A stretch of DNA of 64,000 nucleotides from positions 126,977 through 190,976 of the forward strand of contig DATJXE010000004.1 in the NCBI GenBank assembly GCA_035500505.1, read 5' to 3'. The notes beneath the pieces were generated by a model. That model was not told where the DNA came from. It was given only the letters and a program-made list of their open reading frames with translations, and made no database searches. A program made the position numbers and the translations under genes. Below, one piece after another: positions 39,677 to 49,900 of this stretch (positions are counted from its first letter, which is position 1; every line of letters starts with the position of its first letter). This stretch comes from Minisyncoccota bacterium (GTDB lineage: Bacteria > Patescibacteriota > Minisyncoccia > Phycocordibacterales > UBA2100).

Positions 39677-40345
39677 TCAAGCCCCCCGCTTCTTCCACTT
39701 TTCAATTTCCGCATGATGGCCGGAAAGCAGGACTTTCGGCACACGATGTTTTTTGCCCTTCCACTCCAAGACCTCCGGGCGTGTGTAAACTTCCTGGCTG
39801 GAGACGCGGGAACGCTCAAGGGACTCGGCCTTGCCGAGGACTCCGGGCACGAAACGCGCAACGGCGTCGATGACGGTTGCGGCGGGCAATTCCCCTCCCG
39901 TGAGCACGTAGGGGCCCACGGAAACCTTTTTCGCCTTTAGGATTTTCTGCACGCGCGCGTCGATGCCCTCGTAATGCCCGCAAATAAAAACGATATCCTT
40001 CCCGCCTCCACGGCGGGTTGGTTTCGCCAATTTTTGCGCCATCGCTTCGTCGAATTGCGCACCATCGGTGGAGAAAAAGATGATCTCAACTCCCCTTTTC
40101 TTGCCGATCGCTTTTTGCACGGCCCGAAGGATGGGTTCGGGGCGCAGTATCATGCCTGGGCCCCCGCCGTACGGGCGCCTATCAACTCGTTCATCTTGCA
40201 CGCGCTTCGACTTCCGAAGAAAGTCTTTCGGATCATAAAAACTGACCTTTATGCTCCCTCTCTGGCGCGCTTTGCCAATGATGGACGTGCCCAGGTACGG
40301 CTCGATAGACTCCGGGAACAGAGTCACGATATGAAAATGCACCAT
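39677..40345 (-). CDS. trmD: tRNA (guanine37-N1)-methyltransferase
   Basis: TLFPE, VDRRPYGGGPGM, CGHYEGIDAR, YVLTGGE, YTRP, VLLSGHH. Confidence 0.97.
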   Translation of the reverse strand: MVHFHIVTLFPESIEPYLGTSIIGKARQRGSIKVSFYDPKDFLRKSKRVQDERVDRRPYGGGPGMILRPEPILRAVQKAIGKKRGVEIIFFSTDGAQFDEAMAQKLAKPTRRGGGKDIVFICGHYEGIDARVQKILKAKKVSVGPYVLTGGELPAATVIDAVARFVPGVLGKAESLERSRVSSQEVYTRPEVLEWKGKKHRVPKVLLSGHHAEIEKWKKRGA

Positions 40346-40352
40346 AGGCGCT

Positions 40353-40685
40353 TTATTGACCCGACTTCAGGTCGTTGATGACGTCGTCGACGGTCGTGTC
40401 TTTTTCGTAAGGCATACTCTGCCCGGCCGCGCGTTCACTCCCCTCCGGTTCCTCGATCTTGAGATTGACGCGAGCGTCGTTCTTCATGCCGACGACGCGC
40501 AGGATGGTACGGATTGCTTTTGCGGTCGCGCCGGAACGGCCGATGACCTTGCCCATGTCGTCCTTGTTGACGCTCATGAGAAGGAGCACGCCCATTTCGT
40601 CGACGGTGCGCGTTATCTTCACGTCTTCTGGATGCTCAACCAACGCCTTCACTACGTATTCCAAGAATTGCTGATCTCGTTCCAT
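40353..40685 (-). CDS. khpA: KH-domain RNA-binding protein KhpA
   Basis: LVEHPEDV, DMGKVIGRSGATAKAIRT; rpsP-khpA-trmD context. Confidence 0.92.
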   Translation of the reverse strand: MERDQQFLEYVVKALVEHPEDVKITRTVDEMGVLLLMSVNKDDMGKVIGRSGATAKAIRTILRVVGMKNDARVNLKIEEPEGSERAAGQSMPYEKDTTVDDVINDLKSGQ

Positions 40686-40723
40686 ACAGAATGTCTGTTA
40701 GTACTATTGGTAACTATGGGAAA

Positions 40724-41095
40724 TTACTCTGCCTTCGCCTCAGCGGCAGGGACCTCTGGAACAGCCGGAGCCTCCGCAGGTGCTTCTGCAACAGGAGCAG
40801 CTTCGGCGACCGGAGCTTCCGGTGCTTTGTAGCTCGGGAGTACATTTATTTTCTTACCGGAAATGACGCCACTCGAAACGAGCATGTTGTGCATCGTCGC
40901 TGAAGGCTTGGCCCCCACCGACATCCAGTACTTTACTCGCGCCTCATCAAGCGAACGGGCCTTGGTGCGTGGGTTGTAGGTGCCGAGCTTTTCGACGAAT
41001 TTGCCCGCCTTCGGAGAGGCGGTGTGTTCGGTAACGACAATGCGATAAGAGGGCTGATTGATGCGCCCAACTCGCTGCATTCGTATCTTCAACAT
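40724..41095 (-). CDS. rpsP: 30S ribosomal protein S16
   Basis: MLKIRMQRVG..YRIVV..EKLGTYNP..GAKPS; A/P/E-rich tail. Confidence 0.96.
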   Translation of the reverse strand: MLKIRMQRVGRINQPSYRIVVTEHTASPKAGKFVEKLGTYNPRTKARSLDEARVKYWMSVGAKPSATMHNMLVSSGVISGKKINVLPSYKAPEAPVAEAAPVAEAPAEAPAVPEVPAAEAKAE

Positions 41096-41188
41096 AACCG
41101 CGACACTGTACCTTGGAATATTGAAAAGTTCAAGCCGACGATGGGAGGCCCCACCGTCGGCTGTGTTCGCGATAATCCGGCCAAATCG

Positions 41189-41518
41189 TTAGCCGATCAA
41201 AATAAGGCTGTCCTCGACCAAGAGGTTCATCGCCTCAAGATGAGCCTCTTGCTCATCATTCGAATTGCAGGCCGGGACGGAAAGGTCGAAACCGCATCCT
41301 CGCAGCCGGTCAAGCTCATCGATCGGCATGGGCGCCCAATCTTCTTCCTTCCCTGGCTTCCAGAGGTAGAACGAGTGCAGTTCGGTGTCCCTGGGAACCA
41401 GCCGCTCCTGTGGCACCTCGATCACGAGGTGCAAGAAGCGAACGCCCTCGACCTCGTAATCTTCGATCGACTCCGGCTTATACGCACCGTTCCCGCATTG
41501 TATATCTTCCAGCTGCAT
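41189..41518 (-). CDS. Hypothetical protein (ORFan between smc and rpsP)
   Basis: AGGGAG SD; acidic 109 aa. Confidence 0.55.
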   Translation of the reverse strand: MQLEDIQCGNGAYKPESIEDYEVEGVRFLHLVIEVPQERLVPRDTELHSFYLWKPGKEEDWAPMPIDELDRLRGCGFDLSVPACNSNDEQEAHLEAMNLLVEDSLILIG

Positions 41519-41581
41519 CGACGTCTCCCTCGCTAGCTCGGTCCACAAGGCTGAGCTGGAGGCACTGTAATATAACGCCTC

Positions 41582-43792
41582 TTACTTCGCCACCCGTTCC
41601 GCTTCCTCAAGTTTGACCGACAACAGCTTCGAAACCCCATCCTGCCCCATCGTGACGCCATACAGTTCTCCTGCCGCAGCCATGGTGGCGCGGTTGTGGG
41701 TGATGACGATGAGTTGCGACTTTGCCCCGAGCTCTTTGATCATGTCGGCGTAGCGCTTCGAGTTGGCTTCGTCGAGCGCGGCGTCTGTTTCATCGAGTAT
41801 CAAAAAGGGCGGCGGGTTCACCTGCGACATCGAGAAAATGAGGGCGATAGAGGTGAGCGCGCGCTCGCCGCCGGAAAGGACGTCGAGTCCGGTTATCTTC
41901 TTACGCGGCAGGTGCACCGAGACCGAAAGTCCGGCATACAACTCCTCTTCCTCGTCGAGACCTTGTTCCTCGTCTTCGTCGTCCGCGTCAATGCGACGCC
42001 TTGATGCACGTCTGGGTTCTTCGATCTGTAGCTTGGCGTCCCCGCCACCGAAGAGCTTTTGGAAAAAGCCTTTGAGCGCCTCGTTGATGTGTTTGAGACC
42101 GTCCCTGAACTTCTCGTCTATCGTCTTTTCAAGTTCTGCGATGATGTCTTTGAGCGAGGCGGCCGAAGTCTCGAGATCGATAAGCTCTTTCGCAAGAAAC
42201 TCGTCGCGTTCTTTGGTTTGGTTGAACTCTTTGACGACCACGTCCCCATTCCCGACACCGGATTCTTCTATCTTTATCTTCAAGCGCTCGATATCGCGGC
42301 GATGCTTTTCCTGTGTGCTTCTGTCCTCCGAAAGCGCCCCTTCCGGGATCTCTCCGCTCTCCCACCCTCGGATGCCGGGGCCGATAAGAGCAACGCCTTC
42401 GCGCACTTCTTCTTCAAATCGTTGGCGCGACCCCGAGAGCTGGACGCGCGCGGAGTTGGAGAGGTCGAGCTTGCTGCGCACCTCGCGTATCTTCGACTCA
42501 AGCTCGACGGACTCGCGCTCCGCTTTGAACGACGCTTCCCTGCTTTGTGCGATGCCCGCGCGCGCCATATCGACGTCGGTCGAAAGTTTCGCTTCTTCAC
42601 TCTCCGCCTGTTTCAGGGACGCGGAGAGACGCTCCACGTCTTGGCGGACCTCTTCGTTGGTCGCAGGCGCGGTGCCGGAGAGGCCGTCGACGAACGCCCT
42701 GATGCGGCCTCGGACATCGGCGATGACAGAGCGCAGCGACGCCGTATCCTCGACCCGCTCCGCCGAAGAAAGCGTTTCATCCACCTCCCGGACGAACTGC
42801 CGCACGTGCGGCACGGGGACGATGGCTTCGACCGTCACGTTGGTCGCTTCGAGCGCGCCTTCGGCACGGCCGAGCTCGCGAGCAAGTTCCTCCCGACGTT
42901 TTCGAACGTCGGCGAGCTTTGTCTCCAACTCTTGAACGCGACTTTGCAGACCCAGGACCGCGTTCGATGCGGCACCGCCTTTCTTTCCGGTCGCTTCGTG
43001 CAGCCTCGCGGTGAGTTGTTTGAGTTCGTGTTCATGCGCCCGCGCATCTTCCAAAAGCCGCGCGTCCTCCTGCTGGATCCAGGCATTTTCGCGCGCGAGA
43101 TAATCGTTGAGTTTGTGCGCAAGCTCATCTTTGAGCTCGCGAGCCTTTTCTATCTTTTCGACCTGATGACGAAGGAAATTGAGATGTGGAGCGATCTCGC
43201 GCCGGAGCGATCTTGTCTTCTCGATATTGATGCCGGTCTCTTCGAGTTTGCGTTCGCTCTCTATTTTCTTGTGTTGATATAACTTCAGACCAAGTGCGTC
43301 CTCGACCATCTCCCGCCGTTCGCGCGGTGAGGCGTTCAGTATCCTGTCAGCCTCGCCCTGCGAAATTATCTGATACCCCGAGCCGCCGATATTGGCGCCC
43401 GCGAGTAAGCGAATGACGTCCTTGAGCCGCACGACGGAACCGTTGAGCACGTATTCGTTCTGCCCGTCGCGATACACGACGCGCTCCACAACGACCTCTT
43501 TGAAATCGATATCGAGCAATCGTTTGGAATTATCAAAAACGACCTTCACGCTCGCCCTGTTTTGTCGAGGCATCGCGGGCGAACCGCCCCAGATGAGGTC
43601 CTCGCCTTTTCTTGAGCGCATGCTCTTCATCGACTGCTCGCCGAGCACGAAGCGGAACGCTTCGGCAACGTTGGATTTTCCCGAGCCGTTAGGTCCAACT
43701 ATGGAAGAGATCGTCGAGCCGAACACGAGCTCGGTCTTTTTGCCGAACGATTTGAACCCCGAAAGCTCGATGGATTTGAGTGCGAGGAACAT
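41582..43792 (-). CDS. smc: Short SMC-family chromosome segregation ATPase
   Basis: GFKSF, GPNGSGKSN, IISQG, LSGGE, LDETDAALD, ITH; only 736 aa. Confidence 0.9.
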   Translation of the reverse strand: MFLALKSIELSGFKSFGKKTELVFGSTISSIVGPNGSGKSNVAEAFRFVLGEQSMKSMRSRKGEDLIWGGSPAMPRQNRASVKVVFDNSKRLLDIDFKEVVVERVVYRDGQNEYVLNGSVVRLKDVIRLLAGANIGGSGYQIISQGEADRILNASPRERREMVEDALGLKLYQHKKIESERKLEETGINIEKTRSLRREIAPHLNFLRHQVEKIEKARELKDELAHKLNDYLARENAWIQQEDARLLEDARAHEHELKQLTARLHEATGKKGGAASNAVLGLQSRVQELETKLADVRKRREELARELGRAEGALEATNVTVEAIVPVPHVRQFVREVDETLSSAERVEDTASLRSVIADVRGRIRAFVDGLSGTAPATNEEVRQDVERLSASLKQAESEEAKLSTDVDMARAGIAQSREASFKAERESVELESKIREVRSKLDLSNSARVQLSGSRQRFEEEVREGVALIGPGIRGWESGEIPEGALSEDRSTQEKHRRDIERLKIKIEESGVGNGDVVVKEFNQTKERDEFLAKELIDLETSAASLKDIIAELEKTIDEKFRDGLKHINEALKGFFQKLFGGGDAKLQIEEPRRASRRRIDADDEDEEQGLDEEEELYAGLSVSVHLPRKKITGLDVLSGGERALTSIALIFSMSQVNPPPFLILDETDAALDEANSKRYADMIKELGAKSQLIVITHNRATMAAAGELYGVTMGQDGVSKLLSVKLEEAERVAK

Positions 43793-43861
43793 TGGTCTCT
43801 ATTGTAGCAAAAAACACGAAGCCCCGGGCCGGATTGCCCAGGGCTTTCAACTTGCATGAAC

Positions 43862-44194
43862 TCAGGCCGGTCCGCGATCGTCGACGACGAGCAATCGCAC
43901 GGTTTGAGTCTCCCCGATGTGCACCTGCTTCATGGAGGTCCGACCGAATGGCATGTTCGGATCAAGCGCGTGAGCCATGGCCGACGATGTTTTAATGCAC
44001 CACTCGTCGCAGAATTTGAAGCGCACATTCTGCCCGACCACTCCGAATTTGACCGGCGACGACATCGACGTCTGCCTGACGAGGCCATCTTCGGTAAATT
44101 CCTTGCCCAGCGGAACTTCGCTTTTCCGCACCTGTTCTCCGCGAAGCGACACGATTTTCGTGCAGTCCGCGTCGCGTGCCGAATTATCGCTCAT
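43862..44194 (-). CDS. Hypothetical protein (ORFan between rnc and smc)
   Basis: GGGAGG SD; hairpin downstream. Confidence 0.5.
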   Translation of the reverse strand: MSDNSARDADCTKIVSLRGEQVRKSEVPLGKEFTEDGLVRQTSMSSPVKFGVVGQNVRFKFCDEWCIKTSSAMAHALDPNMPFGRTSMKQVHIGETQTVRLLVVDDRGPA

Positions 44195-44249
44195 AGAGCC
44201 TCCCCTTTCGATGGTCCGTTTTGCCGAGAATCCCAGGAGAAACTTTGCC

Positions 44250-44936
44250 TTACCACCCCTTCGCTGTCAAAGCCTTTTCAGCGGCAGCTTGTTCGGCTTC
44301 TTGTTTGGACCGGCCCTCGCCTGTGGCCACCTTGTCGTTGCCGATGAAGGCGCCGACGACGAATGTTTTGTCATGGTCGGGACCGGATTGGTCGAGCAAT
44401 TGGTATGCGGGTGTGATGCCGAGTTTTTCTTGCGCGGATTCCTGGAAACGGCTTTTGGCGTCCTGCCAGAGTCTGCGTGCGACGACGTCGTCGGTTTTGT
44501 GGAAGAGCTGTTTGGCGATGAAATCCTTCGCGGCGACGTAGCCCTGGTCGAGGTAGAGCGCGCCGATGAGCGCTTCAAATGCATTTGCGAGGATGATCTG
44601 CCTGGCGCGCCCCGTATCTTTCGCTTCGCCCCGCGAGAGCAAGAGAAAGTCGTTCATCCCGAGCTTTTGCGCGGCGTCGGAAATTGACTGGGTGTTGACG
44701 AGCGCCGCGCGGTAGGCAGTGAGGTCGCCCTCCGGCTTCGTCGGATATTTCTCAAAAAGAAATTCGGTAACGACGAGTTCCAAGACGGCGTCGCCGAGAA
44801 ATTCCAACCGCTCGTTGTGCTCGCGTACCGCATCGCGGTTCTCGTTCAAATACGAGCGGTGCGTGAACGCGCTTTCTAGCAAACGCTTATCGCGGAACAC
44901 GTGACCGATCCGTTTTTCGAAAACATCGAATTCCAT
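44250..44936 (-). CDS. rnc: Ribonuclease III
   Basis: AFTHRSY, NERLEFLGDAVL, FEALIGALYLD, dsRBD GPDH..SKQEAEQAAA. Confidence 0.98.
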   Translation of the reverse strand: MEFDVFEKRIGHVFRDKRLLESAFTHRSYLNENRDAVREHNERLEFLGDAVLELVVTEFLFEKYPTKPEGDLTAYRAALVNTQSISDAAQKLGMNDFLLLSRGEAKDTGRARQIILANAFEALIGALYLDQGYVAAKDFIAKQLFHKTDDVVARRLWQDAKSRFQESAQEKLGITPAYQLLDQSGPDHDKTFVVGAFIGNDKVATGEGRSKQEAEQAAAEKALTAKGW

Positions 44937-44941
44937 AGATC

Positions 44942-45871
44942 TTATTTCTTCTTCGACCCCTGTTCGCGTATCTTCGCAAGAGCCTTGATGGCCGGGATGA
45001 CTATTTTGTTGAGCGAGTCGTCGTAAAAGTTGAGGTCGCCGACGGCTGAAAGCGGGAACCACTGCGCGTCGTCGAGCCCTCCGGAACTTCCGAGGCGTAC
45101 CTCCGTGAACGGAGATTTCGCCAAGAAATAGGTGACGCGTTTTTTCTTTTTCCCGCCCTCGATCTTCGAATCATTGGCGACGTATTCGTTCACGCCAAGC
45201 TGTTCGACGATCTCGATATCAAGATTCATTTCTTCCTTTATTTCGCGGATCGCGCCCTGTTCGATATCCTCGCCGGGTTCGATCTTGCCCTTTGAAATGG
45301 TCCAATGCCCGAAAATATCGTGCACGAACGCGAGATAGTACTCGCCTTGGTTTTCCGCGTACACGACGGCTCCCGCAAGTTCTTCGAGCGGCATTTTCGA
45401 AGGCTTCTGGCTCTGCTGCTTGCGCGGCGTTCCGTCGGCCTTGCCCGGCTCGCCAAGCTCTATATACACGGCGCCCAGAACGCCATTGACGAAACGGCCG
45501 GAGGAATTGCTTCCGAACGTTTTGGCGAGCTCTATCGCCTCGTTTATGGCCACCTTGGCCGGCACCTGCGCTCGGTCGGCGTATAAAAGTTCCCCAAGTC
45601 CCAGCCGCAGGATATTGCGGTCGATGGCGGCGATCTTCTCGAGCGGCCATTCGGGCGCGGCGCGAACGATGACCTCGTCTATTTCTTTTTGTTTGGCGAG
45701 GATCATCTGGAGGAGCTGCTTCATGAACGGCATGTCGGAATCCCGAGCGCCGAATTCTTTGGAGTAATCGCTCAAGCGCCCGATGCATTCATCGAGCGAC
45801 ATGGTGCCGTTCTGGTCGCGCTCGAAAAGCACTTGAAGAACGATGGAACGCGCTAGGTGTCTGTTGGCCAT
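44942..45871 (-). CDS. nusB: NusB fused to C-terminal NUDIX domain
   Basis: IDRNILRL, VAINEAIELAK, FVNGVLG; then GKIEPGEDIEQGAIREIKEEMNL Nudix box. Confidence 0.92.
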   Translation of the reverse strand: MANRHLARSIVLQVLFERDQNGTMSLDECIGRLSDYSKEFGARDSDMPFMKQLLQMILAKQKEIDEVIVRAAPEWPLEKIAAIDRNILRLGLGELLYADRAQVPAKVAINEAIELAKTFGSNSSGRFVNGVLGAVYIELGEPGKADGTPRKQQSQKPSKMPLEELAGAVVYAENQGEYYLAFVHDIFGHWTISKGKIEPGEDIEQGAIREIKEEMNLDIEIVEQLGVNEYVANDSKIEGGKKKKRVTYFLAKSPFTEVRLGSSGGLDDAQWFPLSAVGDLNFYDDSLNKIVIPAIKALAKIREQGSKKK

Positions 45872-45918
45872 ACTTCGCTAAAGATCAAGGGATAAAGAGC
45901 TGAAGAACCGGGCGGCTT

Positions 45919-46182
45919 CTATGTCGCCGCCTCTTTTTGGCCTGTATCTTGTCCTGATTCTCGGAGCGCTTTCTCGCGGCGCTTCATGCGGCGGTCGGCA
46001 CGCTTTTTCTGCGCGACGATGTCGATGACGACGCGGCCTTTGTACATGCCGGTCACGGGATTCACGCGGTGCGGCAGGTAGAGGTTGCCCGCCGAATCCT
46101 TGGCGAGGCGCATGCCCTTGAGCGCGTGATGAGAGCGCCGCTTGGCGGTTTGGGAACGATTGCGACGCATTCGTACTACCAT
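45919..46182 (-). CDS. rpmF: 50S ribosomal protein L32 (no Cys, extended C-terminus)
   Basis: RRSHHAL..LPHRV..GMYKGR. Confidence 0.9.
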   Translation of the reverse strand: MVVRMRRNRSQTAKRRSHHALKGMRLAKDSAGNLYLPHRVNPVTGMYKGRVVIDIVAQKKRADRRMKRREKALRESGQDTGQKEAAT

Positions 46183-46229
46183 ATGTCGAGGAGTATACCG
46201 AAAAATCCTGCTTTTGCAATGAAGGATAT

Positions 46230-46850
46230 TCACGCGGCGACGGGCTCGAACCCGAATATCTTCGTGCAGAACGTAATACGATGCAGCTCGCACACGCCTT
46301 CGCGTTTGATGCTTTTCCTGTGGTCGGCGGTGCCGTACCCTTTGTGTTCGTCGAAACGGTACGCCGTGTGAGTTTCGGCGAGATCTTCCATAAGCCTATC
46401 GCGGGTCACTTTGGCAATGATGGAAGCGAACGAGATGGCCGGAATAGTTTCGTCTCCTCGTATAAAAGATTCCTGTGACCACTTCCTCGGCACGCGCAGC
46501 CCCGCGTCGAGCAAGACCTCGACGCGCGAGGGCCGGATAGCGAGCGCCGAGATAGCGAGCGCGGCGGCCTCATTGGCGGCGTTCACAATGCCTATTTCGT
46601 CTATCGTTTTCGCATCGACGAATGCGGAAGCGTGGCGCAGGCGCCCGTGCATCGTGATGTAATCGAAGAGAATGTCGCGCTGCTGTGCCGTGAGCTGTTT
46701 AGAGTCGCGCAGCACGGGTTTTCCTTTCTTGGTGACGAGCGCGAACGCTTCTTCCCAATCGAGATCTTCGGGATAGAGGACCGCTCCGACGCACACAGGC
46801 CCCGCGAGCGCACCTCGACCGGCTTCGTCGATGCCTATCACCCAATTCAC
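46230..46850 (-). CDS. rnhB: Ribonuclease HII
   Basis: GIDEAGRG, LRDSKQL, ASIIAKVTRD, HKGYGT. Confidence 0.97.
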   Translation of the reverse strand: MNWVIGIDEAGRGALAGPVCVGAVLYPEDLDWEEAFALVTKKGKPVLRDSKQLTAQQRDILFDYITMHGRLRHASAFVDAKTIDEIGIVNAANEAAALAISALAIRPSRVEVLLDAGLRVPRKWSQESFIRGDETIPAISFASIIAKVTRDRLMEDLAETHTAYRFDEHKGYGTADHRKSIKREGVCELHRITFCTKIFGFEPVAA

Positions 46851-46918
46851 CCTTCAATTGTAGCAAGCGAAAGGGCCCAAAAACGCATGAATAGGCCGTG
46901 CAGTGTATACTTGTGGAT

Positions 46919-49900
46919 ATGAGCGCGCGCGACTTTTGCCATTTGCACACCCATTCGCACTATTCCCTCCTTGAAGCCCTGCCCCGAATACCCGATCTCG
47001 TCGCCGCGGCCAAAAAAGACGGCCAAAAAGCCCTCGCGCTGACCGACAACGGTAACCTCTACGGTGCCATCGAGTTCTACAAGGAGTGTAAAGCGAACGA
47101 GCTAAAACCCATCATCGGCATGGACTTTTTCGTGGCACCGCGGACGCGACACGACAAGGAGCATCGTATCGATGACCAGCTCGGCAGGCTCATGCTGCTC
47201 GCCAGGAGCCGGATCGGGTACAGGAATTTGCTCAAACTGGTCTCGGATTCGTATCTCGAAGGCTTTTATTACCGCCCGCGCATCGACCGCGAACTCATCG
47301 AGCGGTATCACGAGGGTCTCATCGCGATACTCCCCTCGCACGGCGGAGAGGCCGCATACGGGCTTCGCCACGGCGACAAGGCCCGTGCGTCACAAGCGTT
47401 GGAATGGCACAAAAAAGTGTTCAACGAAGACTGCTACCAAGAAATAACGAAGCACCCCGAAATACCCGAACACGAAAAAGAAATGAACGCGCTTATCGCG
47501 CTTGCACGGCAAAGCGGCGTCGAACTCATTGCGGCGCACGATGTGTATTATCTGGACCCGGACGACGGACTTGCGTGCGACCTCGTCAACAAGATCCGCA
47601 GTGGTGGCACGCTCGACCGCGAGAACGGCGAGTACCGCATGCGGGATTTTTCTTTCGTGCCGAAAAAGAGAATGGAGGAACTCTTTGCCGACCTGCCGGA
47701 AGCGCTCCAAAATGCCGCGAAGGTCGCCGATTCGTGCAACCTCGAGCTCGATCTCGGCAAAGCCATCTTTCCGCTCTTTCCCATTCCCGAAGGTTCGACC
47801 GCCGACAAGGAGCTGCGCAAGCTCGCCGAAGCGGGCATCGCGGAGCGCAGCATGAAAGACTCGCCGGAATTGCGGCAGCGCATGAATTATGAATTGGGCA
47901 TTATCGAGAAAAAAGGCTACGCGTCGTACTTCCTCATCGTCGCGGACCTTCTGAACCACGCGCGCGATGTGGGTATTTTCACCAACACCCGAGGCAGCGC
48001 AGCCGGCTCGCTCGTCTCCTACCTCTGCGGCATCACGACGGTCGATCCGATAGCGTTCCAAATGCCGTTCGAACGCTTCTTGAACCCGGAGCGGCCGAGC
48101 GCGCCGGATATCGACATGGACATCGACGCGTACCGTCGCGACGAACTCATCGAATACGCAAGGCAAAAATACGGCAGCGACAAGGTCGTGCAGATAGGTA
48201 CTTTCGGCACGATGCTCGCGCGCGCCGCCGTGCGCGACGTCGCGCGCGCGCTCGGGCAGCCGTACGGCCTCGGCGATCGCATCGCGAAGCTCATCCCCTT
48301 CGGCAAACAAGGCTTTCCGGTGTCCATCGGAGGGTCGCTCAAGGAGGTCCCGGAACTCAAGCAGGTGTATGACGCGGATGCGGACGCGCGCGAAGTCCTC
48401 GACTTGGCGCTCAAGATAGAAGGCAACGCGCGGCACGTGGGCGTACACGCGGCAGGCGTCGTCATCGCTCCCTCGGCCGTCACCGAGTACTCCCCCATCC
48501 AGCTCGACCCCAAAGGCGGCAAGACCATCACGCAGTACGACATGTACTCCATCGTCGACGAATACGGCGGCGTCGGGCTCCTCAAGTTCGACATGCTCGG
48601 CCTCACCAACCTCTCCGTCCTGGCCGATTCCGCCAAACGCGTGAAGGAGCGCCTCGGCGTCGAGGTCGACCTTGAACGCCTCCCGCTCGATGACAAAAAG
48701 GTCTACGACATGCTCTCCCGCGGAGAAACGCTCGGTGTCTTCCAAATGGCCGGCTCCGGCATGACCGCGTACCTCAAAGATCTGAAACCTACCGTCATCC
48801 ACGACCTCAACGCGATGGTCGCGCTATACCGTCCCGGCCCGATGGCCTTCATTCCCGAATATATCGAGCGCAAGAAAAATCCCGCGCGCGTGAGATACCT
48901 GGACCCGCGCATGGAAAAGATATTGAAACCAACGTATGGCGTTCTCATCTACCAGGACGACGTCATGATGATAGCGGTGGAACTCGCCGGCTACTCGTGG
49001 GGCGATGCCGACAAATTCCGCAAAGCGATGGGCAAGAAGATCCCGGCGGAAATGCAGGCGCAGAAAGAGAAGTTCCTGAAAGGCTGTATTGAGCGCGGCA
49101 TGAAGCCGAATGTCGCGAAGGAATTGTGGGAACAAATAGAAACTTTCGCCGCCTACGGGTTCAACAAGGCGCACGCCGCGAGCTACGGCAACCTCGCGTA
49201 CAAAACCGCGTACATGAAGGCGAATTTTCCCGTCGACTACATGGCGGCGCTCCTCACTGCGGAGTCGGGCGATGTCGAGAAGATCGCGGAAACGGTCGCC
49301 GAATGCAAGCGCATGGGCATCAAGGTGTGGCCGCCCTCCGTACAGGAAAGCATGGGCACGTTCACCGTCATCGACGAGGAGAACATCCGCTTCGGACTCA
49401 ATTCGATAAAGAACTTCGGCTCCGGCGTCGCCGACGCTATCATCGCGGCCCGCGACGCTGACTCCTTCAAAGACGTTGCGGATTTCCTGGCACGGGTCGG
49501 CGACAAGAACCTCAATAAAAAACAGCTCGAGTCGCTCATCCAATCCGGCGCTATGGATGAATTCGGCGAGCGCGGCAACTTGCTCGCCAACATCGACCTG
49601 CTCCTCGACTACCACCGCGAACACCTGAAAGCTCCGTCGAACATGGGCTCGCTCTTCGGCGGCGCAGCGCAGGCAGCTCCGGCGCCGCTCAAGCTTCCGC
49701 CTTCGGACCCCGCGTCGATGGACCAGCGGCTGGCCTGGGAAAAGGAGCTTCTCGGTCTCTACATTTCCGGCCACCCGCTCGATAAGCACCAATCCAAGCT
49801 CCAGAACGCAAAAATAACGATAAAACACGCCAAGGAGAACCTGCGCGGCATCGAGACCGTCATCGCCGGCTACATCGAATCCACGCAGCCCATCCTCACC

